DNA of 62,816 nt, the filler included, from Myxococcota bacterium (GTDB taxonomy: Bacteria; Myxococcota; Myxococcia; Myxococcales; Myxococcaceae), in assembly GCA_049322255.1 (NCBI GenBank). It is 2 parts of 2 records of this genome, joined end to end, with 100 filler letters (N's around TTAATTAATTAA, not from the genome) between each part and the next. Parts side by side here need not be neighbours in the genome. Positions count along the whole stretch, not along the records: positions 31,601 to 62,816 come from JBMORE010000037.1; 1 more part is not named here. The stretch is one strand, 5' to 3'. The notes below the pieces were generated by a model that worked only from the letters and a program-made list of their open reading frames with translations, did no database searches and was not told the origin of the DNA. Positions 46,586-55,404 of the stretch are shown here, in pieces. The position numbers and the translations under genes were made by a program. Each line of letters opens with the position of its first letter. The stretch's first letter is position 1.

Positions 46586-48588
46586 GGCGTCTCCGCCCGG
46601 CGGGCCTTCGGGCGCTCCCGCACCTCCCCCGTCACCGTGAGGTCGTCGAAGGTGCACCGTGAGTTTCGACACCCCAGCGCCACCTTCCCGGTCTGTCCCT
46701 CCAGGCCCAGGAGCGTCTTGTGGGCGAACTTCAGGTCGTTGACGAAGGCGTCGACCACCACTCCGCCCTTCTTCTTCTGCAGGCTGAGCTTCACGCGGAT
46801 CGGCCCCTTGGGAACCGGCGTCTCGTCCTCGGTCATCGTCTCGAGGTCGCGGGCGCTGTTGCCGGTCACCTCCACGCCGTCGGGGGTGAAGTAGCGCCAC
46901 CCCAGCCGCATGCCCGTGTCGGGAATGGCAAAGATGCTGATCTGCAGGTCCTTGATGCGCATCGCCAGCTCGCCGAACTGCTGGGCGTTCGGTTCGAGCG
47001 AATACTCCGGCCCGAGGCGGCTCACCTGCATCTCCACCTCGGCGGTGAAGTGGTCGGTCGAGAAGTACCGGTGGGCGAGATAGGCGCGAGGCACGAGCTT
47101 GAGCACGTCCTCTCCCGTCTCGCTCCCCGCCTGCACCGCTTGGAGAACACCGTTTTCCAGCGACCAGGCGCCGGCGTGGGCGTTGATCTCTTCCTCACCC
47201 GGCTCGAAGGACACCTCGAGCGTTCCATGGCGATTGGCCTCCGACATGCGGGCGGCGGCGAAGAGCTCGCCGTACGTGTTGGGCGGATAGGGTTTGGGCT
47301 CGACGCTCGCGGCCTCGCGTGGCTCGGACGGCCAAAGCCGCACCCCGAGGGCGATCACCGCCAGAGCGCCGATCACCGCCAGCCCAGCTTTGAGCCCGCT
47401 TGGGCCCCGCTCGATGACCAAGGCCGCCTCGCTGGCCGGCGCCCGCGAGCGCGCAGGGGTGGTGGGCGGCTTGGGCTGGGCCGGTGCACCCGCGCTCGAG
47501 CCGAGCAGGGCCTCCAGCTCGGCGCCGATCGCCGAGGCCCGCTGATAACGCGCGTCGGGGTCGGCCTCGAGCGCGCGGGCGACCACCTCGTCCAGCCGGA
47601 CATCGACGTTGGACAGCCGCTCGGAGGGAAGCTTGAACCGTCCGATGGGCAGCTCGCCGGTGAGCAATTCGTAGAGCACCACTCCCATCGAGTAGAGGTC
47701 GGCGCGCCCGTCGACGTGCTTGGCGTCACGCCGCTGCTCGGGCGCCATGTAATTCACCGTGCCCATCGCCACCGAAGTCGCGGTGAGCGCAAGGCGCGCA
47801 TCGGGCCCGCGAATGCCCGCCAGCCCGAAGTCGGCGACCTTCACGTGCCCCCGCGCATCGACGAGGATGTTCTCGGGCTTTAAGTCGCGGTGCACGATGC
47901 CCATCTCGTGCGCGTAGTCGATGGCGCGGCAGACCTGCACCACCAACTTCACCGCCTCCTCGGGCGGCACCTTCCCGACGTTGAGGACATCGCGCAGCGA
48001 GCGGCCCTCGACGAATTCCATGGCGAAGTAGTAGTGGTCGTTGGCCATTCCACGGTCGAAGATCTGAATGATGTTCGGGTGGGAGAGCGACGCCAGCGCG
48101 GTGGCCTCCTTTTCGAAGCGCCGCACGAACTCCGGGTCTTGCGCGAGCTTGGGAGGGAGAATCTTCACCGCCACCGTGCGCCCAAGCGACGTCTGGCGGG
48201 CGCGCCACACCTCGCCCATGCCCCCGCGGCCCAGCACCTCGATGAGCTCGTAGCCGGGAAGGACGATCGCCGGTTGCGGGGCGACGAAGGTGACCTCCAC
48301 TCCCGATGGCTGATTCGCCGCGGCGTGGTTGCCGGTGGAGGCCACAGTGGCATCGAAGGGAAGCATCGGGTCGATGGTGATGCCCTCGCTCTTCTCCTGG
48401 CGGGCAGAGCGTGCACCCACCGTGGGCTGTACCGGGCCCCAGGGACGGGTGGGCGCGACGTGCGGCGAGGAGACGTCGGTGCGGCGCACCTCGAAGTGCA
48501 GGCCGCACTTGCACAAGACCTTCTGCCCGGTCACGTAGACGCCGATGTCATGGGGCGCCTCGCAGTTGGGGCAGCGCTGGACGTTCAC
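46582..48588 (-). CDS. transmembrane Ser/Thr kinase with an N-terminal zinc ribbon
   Basis: CPNC...CKC; GRGGMGEV, HRDLKPEN, DFGLA and YMAPEQ motifs; TM helix; extracellular beta domain. Confidence 0.95.
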   Translation of the reverse strand: MNVQRCPNCEAPHDIGVYVTGQKVLCKCGLHFEVRRTDVSSPHVAPTRPWGPVQPTVGARSARQEKSEGITIDPMLPFDATVASTGNHAAANQPSGVEVTFVAPQPAIVLPGYELIEVLGRGGMGEVWRARQTSLGRTVAVKILPPKLAQDPEFVRRFEKEATALASLSHPNIIQIFDRGMANDHYYFAMEFVEGRSLRDVLNVGKVPPEEAVKLVVQVCRAIDYAHEMGIVHRDLKPENILVDARGHVKVADFGLAGIRGPDARLALTATSVAMGTVNYMAPEQRRDAKHVDGRADLYSMGVVLYELLTGELPIGRFKLPSERLSNVDVRLDEVVARALEADPDARYQRASAIGAELEALLGSSAGAPAQPKPPTTPARSRAPASEAALVIERGPSGLKAGLAVIGALAVIALGVRLWPSEPREAASVEPKPYPPNTYGELFAAARMSEANRHGTLEVSFEPGEEEINAHAGAWSLENGVLQAVQAGSETGEDVLKLVPRAYLAHRYFSTDHFTAEVEMQVSRLGPEYSLEPNAQQFGELAMRIKDLQISIFAIPDTGMRLGWRYFTPDGVEVTGNSARDLETMTEDETPVPKGPIRVKLSLQKKKGGVVVDAFVNDLKFAHKTLLGLEGQTGKVALGCRNSRCTFDDLTVTGEVRERPKARRAETP

Positions 48589-48594
48589 CGTTCG

Positions 48595-50328
48595 CTACTC
48601 GTCGAACCCCACCACGCGGTAGGTCGGAACGCCCTTCTCCTTCCCCTTCACCTGGGCCACCGACATCGCCTCGGCGCGGAAACCCTTCCCCGCCCGCTTG
48701 AACGTGGCCTCGGTGCAAATCACCTCGCTCCCCCGGGCGATGCTGCACAGACGGGAGGCGGTGTTCACCGAGTCGCCGATCGCGGTGTACTCGTGGCGTT
48801 CGGTCGAGCCCATGTACCCCACGACCGCCTGGCCGGTATTGACGCCGATGCCCACCTCGATGCGCTTTTGCCCCGCCGCCTCCCGCTGCTGGTTGAGCAA
48901 CTCGACCTCGTGCTGCATCTCCAGCGCTGCCCGCAAGGCACGCGCGGCCGCGTCCGGGTGCGACGCCGGAGGCCCCCACACCGCCATCACGCAGTCTCCG
49001 ATGAACTTGTCGAGGTTGCCCTCGTGCCTAAACACCACGCTGGCCATCGCGGTGAAGAAGGCGTTGAGCATCGCCACCGTCTCCTCGGGAGGATCGGCCT
49101 CGGACATGCGCGTAAACCCGCGGATGTCGGCGAAGATGACGCTCACCTCGGTCAGCTTGGGCGCGCGCAGCTGCTCCACCTGCCCCTGAATCACCGCGTC
49201 GGCCACCGCCTTGGAGAGGAAGCGGGAGAGCTCGGCGCGGGTGACCGCCTCGACCTCGATCTTGCGGGCGAGATCGGCGTTCTCCAGCGCGACCGCCGCC
49301 TGGGAAGCGATGCCGGAGAGAATCTTCAAGTCCTTCTCCGAGAAGGCGTTGGTGCGCTCGCGTGTGTCGCAGAAGAGCACGCCCTTGAGCGCGCCTTTGG
49401 TGAGCAGGGGCACCGCCATCGCTGAGCGAATGCCTTGGGCGACGATGGATTCGGAGGAGGAGAAGCGCGAGTCGAGAATGGCGTTGGCGGTGAGCACCGC
49501 CTGCCGGGTCTCGGTGACACGCTTGAGCACGGTGTCCGACACCACCACCTCGTCCTCCCCGCCCTTGCGCCGGCTGACCGCCTGGGGCTCCAGCTCGCCC
49601 TGCTCGTTGGGGAGGAAGAGCACCGCGTTGTCGGCGGCCAAGAGCTGAAAGGCGACCTTCAGAATCTTGTCCAAGAGGCTCTTCTGATCGCGCTCCAAGC
49701 CCACCATGCGGTGGAACTCGTTGGCGATGCGCAGCTTCTCGTAGTCCTGCCTAATCGCCTGCTGATCAGTGATCTGGTCGACCGGGCGGAACTCGTTGTC
49801 TTCCTTGTGCTCGAGCTGGGCGAGGAAGGCGGGCATCGACTGCGCGCTGCCCACCACGGTGACGCCGGGCGAGGTCGTCGCACCTTCGCCGCTGGAAAAC
49901 ACAAGCCGGCTGTTCCCCAAGGCGATTTCGTCGCCATCGCGCAGCCGCAGCTCGCGCACCCTCCGCCCATTGACGAAGGTGCCGTTGGAGGAGTTCAGGT
50001 CGCGTAGGACGAAGACGGTACCCACGCGCTCGATGGTGGCGTGCTCTTTGGACACCTCGCGGTCCACCAGGCGCAGGGTGTTGGCCGGGTGGCGGCCGAG
50101 GGTGGTGCGCACGCCCAAGGAGAACTCCCCGAACTTCCCATCGGCCAGCCGGCCCGCGAGCTTGGGGCCCTTGAGGGCGCCTGGGCGTGCCGGCGTCTGC
50201 ACGGTGGCGACCTGCTGGGTGAGGGGAATAGGAGCCACCGCCCCGTTGAGGAGCTCGCCGCAGGTTCCGCACTTGGGCGGCGGGGGAACCGGAATCGGCA
50301 TCCGGCAGCGAGGGCAGGCGTTGGGCAT
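48595..50328 (-). CDS. zinc ribbon-FHA-GAF-class III adenylate cyclase
   Basis: CPRC/CGTC; FHA (LGR, VSKEHA, SSNGTFVNG); GAF; cyclase motifs FADIRGF, DKFIGD and YTAIGDSVNTASRL. Confidence 0.95.
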   Translation of the reverse strand: MPNACPRCRMPIPVPPPPKCGTCGELLNGAVAPIPLTQQVATVQTPARPGALKGPKLAGRLADGKFGEFSLGVRTTLGRHPANTLRLVDREVSKEHATIERVGTVFVLRDLNSSNGTFVNGRRVRELRLRDGDEIALGNSRLVFSSGEGATTSPGVTVVGSAQSMPAFLAQLEHKEDNEFRPVDQITDQQAIRQDYEKLRIANEFHRMVGLERDQKSLLDKILKVAFQLLAADNAVLFLPNEQGELEPQAVSRRKGGEDEVVVSDTVLKRVTETRQAVLTANAILDSRFSSSESIVAQGIRSAMAVPLLTKGALKGVLFCDTRERTNAFSEKDLKILSGIASQAAVALENADLARKIEVEAVTRAELSRFLSKAVADAVIQGQVEQLRAPKLTEVSVIFADIRGFTRMSEADPPEETVAMLNAFFTAMASVVFRHEGNLDKFIGDCVMAVWGPPASHPDAAARALRAALEMQHEVELLNQQREAAGQKRIEVGIGVNTGQAVVGYMGSTERHEYTAIGDSVNTASRLCSIARGSEVICTEATFKRAGKGFRAEAMSVAQVKGKEKGVPTYRVVGFDE

Positions 50329-50403
50329 CCGGGCAGCGAGTGCGGGTTGAATGCGCGGCGGAGCCTAGCAGAGCCCTTGGGCGTGGGGAATGGTGCGCAC
50401 GCT

Positions 50404-51318
50404 TCAGAAGGACAAGCCGATTCCGGCGGCCGGGTAAAGGGTGACGCCTCCGAGGAAGCGCCGCTGGCCAAAAACGACCGGGTTGCAGACGGTGTAGCCC
50501 GCGGTGAGCTCGAGCATCAGGTGCACGTAGCGAAACCCCACCGCGAGCCCGGCGGTCGCGCCGAAGAAGTGGGTGTGGACCAAGGACGGCAAGGTCACAT
50601 CGACGCCGGCGACCTCGCTGCCCTGCTGGGAGAGGTCCACCAACGTCTGGTCGAAGGAGGTGCGGCTGTAGACCCACTTGGGAGCGCCGTAGAGCTTCAG
50701 CACCTCTCCCAGCTCGGCGCTCATGTAGAGCGGCACCTCGAAGTCCCAGCGGGAGAAGTCACCCAGCCGGACGAGCTCCAGGGCATCGAAGACCGGATTT
50801 TTGAACAGGTAGCGCGATACGCCCAGGCCCAGGGCCACATCGAACGAGCGCTGGGTGGCCCGGCTCTGCGCCGACGGCCGCCCGGGAGCGCCCTGCGGCG
50901 TCACGGGTGGGTCGTCCCCCTGGTGGAACAGCCGGTACTTGGTGTCCAGACGCACGGCGTTGACGCTGTAGCGAAGCCCCACGTCCCAGTTTTCCACCAG
51001 GCCGGTGCGAATGCCGACCTCGTAGCTCGAGGAGGGAAACATCACCGCCAGCCCGATGCCCGCGGTGAGCAGCTGCTGCTGGTCTTCTTCGGAGAGGACG
51101 AAGGGCTGCTGGTTGTCGATCGCCTCCTTGGCGTTCTTGCCCTGCTCGTACGCCTGCGTCACCAGGGTGCCGATCGGCCCTAAGTTTCCGTAGTAGCCGA
51201 CGCCGCCCGTCACCTGGACGTGCTTGGGCTCGACCGGCCGCGCGGTCTGGAAGGTGGAGAGGGTCGTGGCACACCCGGTGGTCAAGGCGAGGGCAAGCGC
51301 AGCCGCGAGTGTCTTCAT
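50404..51318 (-). CDS. hypothetical lipoprotein with amphipathic beta strands
   Basis: Lipobox TTGC; ends in an aromatic residue (IGLSF). Confidence 0.75.
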   Translation of the reverse strand: MKTLAAALALALTTGCATTLSTFQTARPVEPKHVQVTGGVGYYGNLGPIGTLVTQAYEQGKNAKEAIDNQQPFVLSEEDQQQLLTAGIGLAVMFPSSSYEVGIRTGLVENWDVGLRYSVNAVRLDTKYRLFHQGDDPPVTPQGAPGRPSAQSRATQRSFDVALGLGVSRYLFKNPVFDALELVRLGDFSRWDFEVPLYMSAELGEVLKLYGAPKWVYSRTSFDQTLVDLSQQGSEVAGVDVTLPSLVHTHFFGATAGLAVGFRYVHLMLELTAGYTVCNPVVFGQRRFLGGVTLYPAAGIGLSF

Positions 51319-51368
51319 AGAAAAAGAAGCTTATCCCCTGAGCGTGCTAAGACGCCCGCCCCTTTCCC

Positions 51369-52742
51369 ATGAGAATCAAGCAAAAGCCCGAGGACTTCTC
51401 GGTCAAAGAGTCCTACCGCTTCGAACCGGTGCCGTCCGGGCATTTCCGCGTCTACCTTTTGGACAAGCAGAAAGTGTCCACCTTCGAGGCGGCGAACCGC
51501 ATCCGCGACCGCTTCGGCTTGCGGCCGGGAGCGATCTCCTTCTGCGGGCTCAAGGACAAGCAAGGCCGCACCGAGCAGCTCATCGCGGTGGAGGGCGCCG
51601 ACGTCGACCTGCAGGAGCCCGACCTGCGCCTCAAGTACCTGGGCCGCACCGACCGCGCGCTGTCGGCAAAGAACATCACCTCCAACCGCTTCTCGGTCAC
51701 GGTGCGCGCGCTGTCGGCCTCCTCGCTGCCGCCGCTCACCCTCGCCGCCGCCGAAGTGAACCGGCTGGGGGTGGTGAATTACTTCGACAGCCAGCGCTTC
51801 GGCGCCCTCAAGCACGGCCAGGGCTTCATCGCCAAGGACTTGCTCCGCGGAGACTTCGAGGCGGCGCTGAAAAACTACCTCGCCAAGCCCTCCCCGCTCG
51901 ACCGCACCGACGACGCCAAGGTCAAACAGTTCTGGAAAGACCACTGGGGCGACTTCGGCCGCCGCTGCCCCTTCGCGGCGAACAAGAAGTACCACCGCAT
52001 TCTCCACGTGCTGCGGGAGGACCCGAAGGATTTCGTTCGCGCTTTTTTGCAGATCGACTCCGATTACCGCGCGCTCATTCTCTTCACCTTTCAGAGCTGG
52101 CTGTGGAACGAGGGCGTGCGGCGGCTTTTGCAGCTGACGCTGCCGCGGGAGCACCTCTTCCCCATGCCGTACCAGGCGGGCACCCTGCTCTTCCACAAAG
52201 ATGCCGACGCCGCCTCGCTCGCTTACCTGCGCGGGCTCACCTTTCCCCTCCTGGCTCCTGACACCACCTTCCACGACGAGAAGGTGCGTGAAGCAGCACA
52301 GTGGGCGCTGGCGCGCGAGAAACTCACCCTGGCTTCCTTGCGAGTGAAGGAGGCTCCCCGGCTGCTCTATTTCAAGCATGAGGAGCGGCCGGTGCTCGTC
52401 TACCCGCAGAAGCTGGTGCTGGGAAAGATGCGGCCCGACGAGCTCAACCGCGGCTACCAAAAGCTCAACGTCGCCTTCACCCTGCCGCCGGGTGCCTACG
52501 CGACCCTGGTGGTGAAGAGGCTCTTCCACTTCGAGCACCACGAGGAGACGGCCGAGGAGCTTTTCGCCTCGTTACGCCCGCGCGTGGCCGCCGAAGAAGC
52601 CGAAGCCCGCCCGCTTCGCCCACCGCCCAAGCGGCCCGCTCCTTTCAGCCCGGAGAAGTCGGAGCCCTTGTCCTTCCGAGCGCGCCAAAAAGCACGCAAA
52701 GTGGCCAAACAGACCGCGCGGGCACGCCAACCCAAGCCGTAA
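51369..52742 (+). CDS. truD: tRNA pseudouridine(13) synthase TruD
   Basis: IKQKPEDFSVKE, GLKDKQ, NYFDSQRFG, FQSWLWN and FTLPPGAYAT motifs. Confidence 0.95.
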   Translation: MRIKQKPEDFSVKESYRFEPVPSGHFRVYLLDKQKVSTFEAANRIRDRFGLRPGAISFCGLKDKQGRTEQLIAVEGADVDLQEPDLRLKYLGRTDRALSAKNITSNRFSVTVRALSASSLPPLTLAAAEVNRLGVVNYFDSQRFGALKHGQGFIAKDLLRGDFEAALKNYLAKPSPLDRTDDAKVKQFWKDHWGDFGRRCPFAANKKYHRILHVLREDPKDFVRAFLQIDSDYRALILFTFQSWLWNEGVRRLLQLTLPREHLFPMPYQAGTLLFHKDADAASLAYLRGLTFPLLAPDTTFHDEKVREAAQWALAREKLTLASLRVKEAPRLLYFKHEERPVLVYPQKLVLGKMRPDELNRGYQKLNVAFTLPPGAYATLVVKRLFHFEHHEETAEELFASLRPRVAAEEAEARPLRPPPKRPAPFSPEKSEPLSFRARQKARKVAKQTARARQPKP

Positions 52743-52878
52743 CCAGCTGAAAAAAGACGTTTTCATGCGCTTCGCCGCCGTCGGCAATGAGCAGAGCAGC
52801 CGCTCGTACTGCTTGCCTGTGACCGCCTGCACCCAACCCTTTGATTCCCGCCGGACTTCACGCATCGTGCTCGCGCTG

Positions 52879-53451
52879 ATGAACGCCGACGAGGGCACGC
52901 TTCCATGGAAGGCAGACGTTCGCGCGGCGCGCAAAGGCGACCACGGAGCGTTCGCTTGCTTGGTGAAGAGCGTGCAGCGCCCGGTGTTTGGCTTGTGCCT
53001 GCGGCTTTTGCGCTCCGAGGCCGAGGCCGCCGAGGTGGCGCAAGAAGCGTTCTTGCGCGCCTTCCAAAGCTTGCACCGCTACGACGAGGCGCGGCCCTTC
53101 GACTTGTGGGTGTTGGCGATCGCGCGAAACCTCTGCATCGACCTTTTGCGGCGGCGCACGAAACTTCCCACCGAGGACCTGGCCGACTTGAAAGATCGGC
53201 TGCCCTCGGGGGAGAAGTCGCTGGAAGAGGGAGCGATCGAAAAGGAAGAGCGCCGCTCGCTGGAGGCTGCGCTGGCGACCTTGCCGGTGGAAGATCGCGA
53301 GGTGCTGGCGCTGTACTACGTGCAAAAACGCACCACCAAGGAGATCGCCGTCGTCATGGGCGTCGCTCCCGGCACCATCATGGCCCGCTTGTTCCGCGCG
53401 CGGGAGAAGTTGCGCAACCAGCTTGAGCAGCGCCGGGAGGACGTCGCATGA
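52879..53451 (+). CDS. ECF RNA polymerase sigma factor
   Basis: EVAQEAFLRAF, WVLAIARNLCIDLLRRR and EIAVVMG...GTIMARLFRAR motifs. Confidence 0.95.
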   Translation: MNADEGTLPWKADVRAARKGDHGAFACLVKSVQRPVFGLCLRLLRSEAEAAEVAQEAFLRAFQSLHRYDEARPFDLWVLAIARNLCIDLLRRRTKLPTEDLADLKDRLPSGEKSLEEGAIEKEERRSLEAALATLPVEDREVLALYYVQKRTTKEIAVVMGVAPGTIMARLFRAREKLRNQLEQRREDVA

Positions 53452-53945
53452 ACGCCTCCGGCTGCCCGGACCTCGAGGTCCTCTTCCTGGAATTGGCGCA
53501 AGGCCACGGGCCGGCGCTCGACCACGCCCAGGGCTGTGCCACGTGTAGCGAAATCCTCGAAGAGCACCGGCAGCTGGAGAAGGACCTCTACCGGCTGGCC
53601 GACCCGCTGCCGCCGCCCCTCTTCGTGCAACAGGTGATGGCCAAGGTGGCCGCCTCGCCCGCGCCGGTGCACTCCGAGGCCGCGGTGGGCTTGTTCGTGC
53701 TCGCCGGAGCGCTGGCGCTGTGCGCCCTCACCTTCGTCCTGGGCGAGGGCAACCTCGGGCTGCTCGGGGTACGGGCCACCACGTTCTTGCTCGAGCTCAA
53801 AGGCGTCTTCGTCGCCGTGGGCAGCGGGCTCTCTGCGTTGCTCTCGACCGCCGCCACGCCCACCACCGTGTCGCTGGCCGCTGTCTTCCTCTTCGCCCTC
53901 TTCGGGCTTTGGCGCCTGGCCGGCCCGACCAAGGTCACTGCATGA
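53448..53945 (+). CDS. zinc-finger (ZAS-type) anti-sigma factor with TM helices
   Basis: C...HAQGCATC (HxxxCxxC) motif; two hydrophobic segments; ATGA-coupled to the sigma gene. Confidence 0.85.
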   Translation: MNASGCPDLEVLFLELAQGHGPALDHAQGCATCSEILEEHRQLEKDLYRLADPLPPPLFVQQVMAKVAASPAPVHSEAAVGLFVLAGALALCALTFVLGEGNLGLLGVRATTFLLELKGVFVAVGSGLSALLSTAATPTTVSLAAVFLFALFGLWRLAGPTKVTA

Positions 53946-55141
53946 AGGCTGGCGCATGGATGGTCGTCGCCTTCGGCTTTCTCTCCGCGACCGCGCTGGC
54001 CGAGGAAGCCGCTGCGCCGAAGATTTCGGTGAGCTTCCGAGGCTCGTTGCGCGACGGGCTGCGCGAGCTGGCGTCGAAGGGCGGAATCAATCTGGTGGTG
54101 ACCGGAGACCTCGACCAGCCGGCTGAGGTGTACCTTCAGGACGTCACCGCCGAGGAGGCGCTCACCACCGTCGCCGACGCCTACCAGCTCGAGGTGCATC
54201 GGAACGGGTCGATCTGGACGCTGCGCCCTTTGCTGAAGGAGGAGCAGGCTGCACCATCGCCCCCTCCTCCTGCACCCACCCGTGCAACGGAGCGGAAGGA
54301 GGACGGCGAAGTGGTGGGAACCGGCCCAGTGGTGATCGCCGAAGGTCAGGTGGTGGAGGCCGCTGTCGCTTACGGCGGCGGAGTCACGGTGAAGGCGGGC
54401 GCGGTGGTCGAAGGCGACGTGGTGGCTTTCGGCGGAGACGTCGAGCTCGAGCCGGGAGCGGTGGTGACGGGCGACGCAGTGTCCTTCGGAGGCCAGGTGC
54501 GCAAGGCCGAAGAGGCGGTGGTGGAGGGCGACACGGTGTCGATGGGAGCACCCAGCCTGGGTGCCTTGGTATCCCGCCATGTGCGCGGCACGGCTGATGA
54601 CGAAAGAGAGTCGCTCCGTTCGCGCATCCGCCTCGACCGGCCGGTGAACGGGCTCTCCGGGTTTCTCTTACGGTTCGCGCTGCTTTTCGGGATGGGCTTT
54701 CTCTTCGTGATGTTCACCCCGGCGCGGATGAAGCAGCTCGAGACCGAGCTGCGCCGCTTCCCGGTGAAGTGTGGCTTGACCGGCCTTTTGGGCGCGGTGG
54801 CACTGGTGCCGCTCACGCTCCTGTTGATAGCCACTTTCTTCGGCGTCCCCTTCGCCATCGCGCTGTGGCTCTTCCTCGGGCTGGGGGTTGCCATGGGCTT
54901 TGCCGCGCTGGCCAGCGGGCTGGGCCTGCGCCTTCCTTTCTTCCGACGCCGTAAGACGCAAGCGACGGTGCTGGCAGTGGGGCTTTTGGTGCTGCTCGTC
55001 ATCGCCGAGGTGCCCGTGCTGGGCCCGTTGGCGATGACCTTCGCCTCGTTGGCCGCGCTGGGAGCAATCATCCGCACCCGCTTCGGACAGACGCCCAGGG
55101 GCTTCCCCGTGGCGGAGCGCATCGCCGAGCCCGTACCGTAG
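53942..55141 (+). CDS. protein with an STN-like domain, a beta-helix repeat region and a polytopic membrane domain
   Basis: ISVSFRGSLRDGLRELASKGGINLVV...AEEALTTV (secretin/TonB N-terminal-like); GDVVAFGGDV repeats; about five TM helices. Confidence 0.8.
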   Translation: MKAGAWMVVAFGFLSATALAEEAAAPKISVSFRGSLRDGLRELASKGGINLVVTGDLDQPAEVYLQDVTAEEALTTVADAYQLEVHRNGSIWTLRPLLKEEQAAPSPPPPAPTRATERKEDGEVVGTGPVVIAEGQVVEAAVAYGGGVTVKAGAVVEGDVVAFGGDVELEPGAVVTGDAVSFGGQVRKAEEAVVEGDTVSMGAPSLGALVSRHVRGTADDERESLRSRIRLDRPVNGLSGFLLRFALLFGMGFLFVMFTPARMKQLETELRRFPVKCGLTGLLGAVALVPLTLLLIATFFGVPFAIALWLFLGLGVAMGFAALASGLGLRLPFFRRRKTQATVLAVGLLVLLVIAEVPVLGPLAMTFASLAALGAIIRTRFGQTPRGFPVAERIAEPVP

Positions 55142-55404
55142 AACGCGTTCGAAAATTCGGCGACCTCCGAGCGCGTGACCAGCTCTTCAAGAGCCGCAAG
55201 ACGTCAGGAGACGGTGCTGCCAGTAGGCTGGTCGTGCTGCTCCTCGTACCCGAGGAGTGATTTTGAGCGCTCACGATGGCGAGGCGACGACGACACCTAC
55301 GAAGCAGGCGCGGATGAAGACATTCGCAAAAGCTTACGCCATCCCTTTTGGGAGCCGATGAAGCCCTCGACGCTGCGCCGGGGAGGGTCGAAGAAGTAAA
55401 CAGC

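Noticed and set aside
55175..55399. 74-aa ORF between the ECF operon and pruA
   Set aside because: Weak codon bias, no ribosome-binding site and no motif; cannot be supported as a gene.
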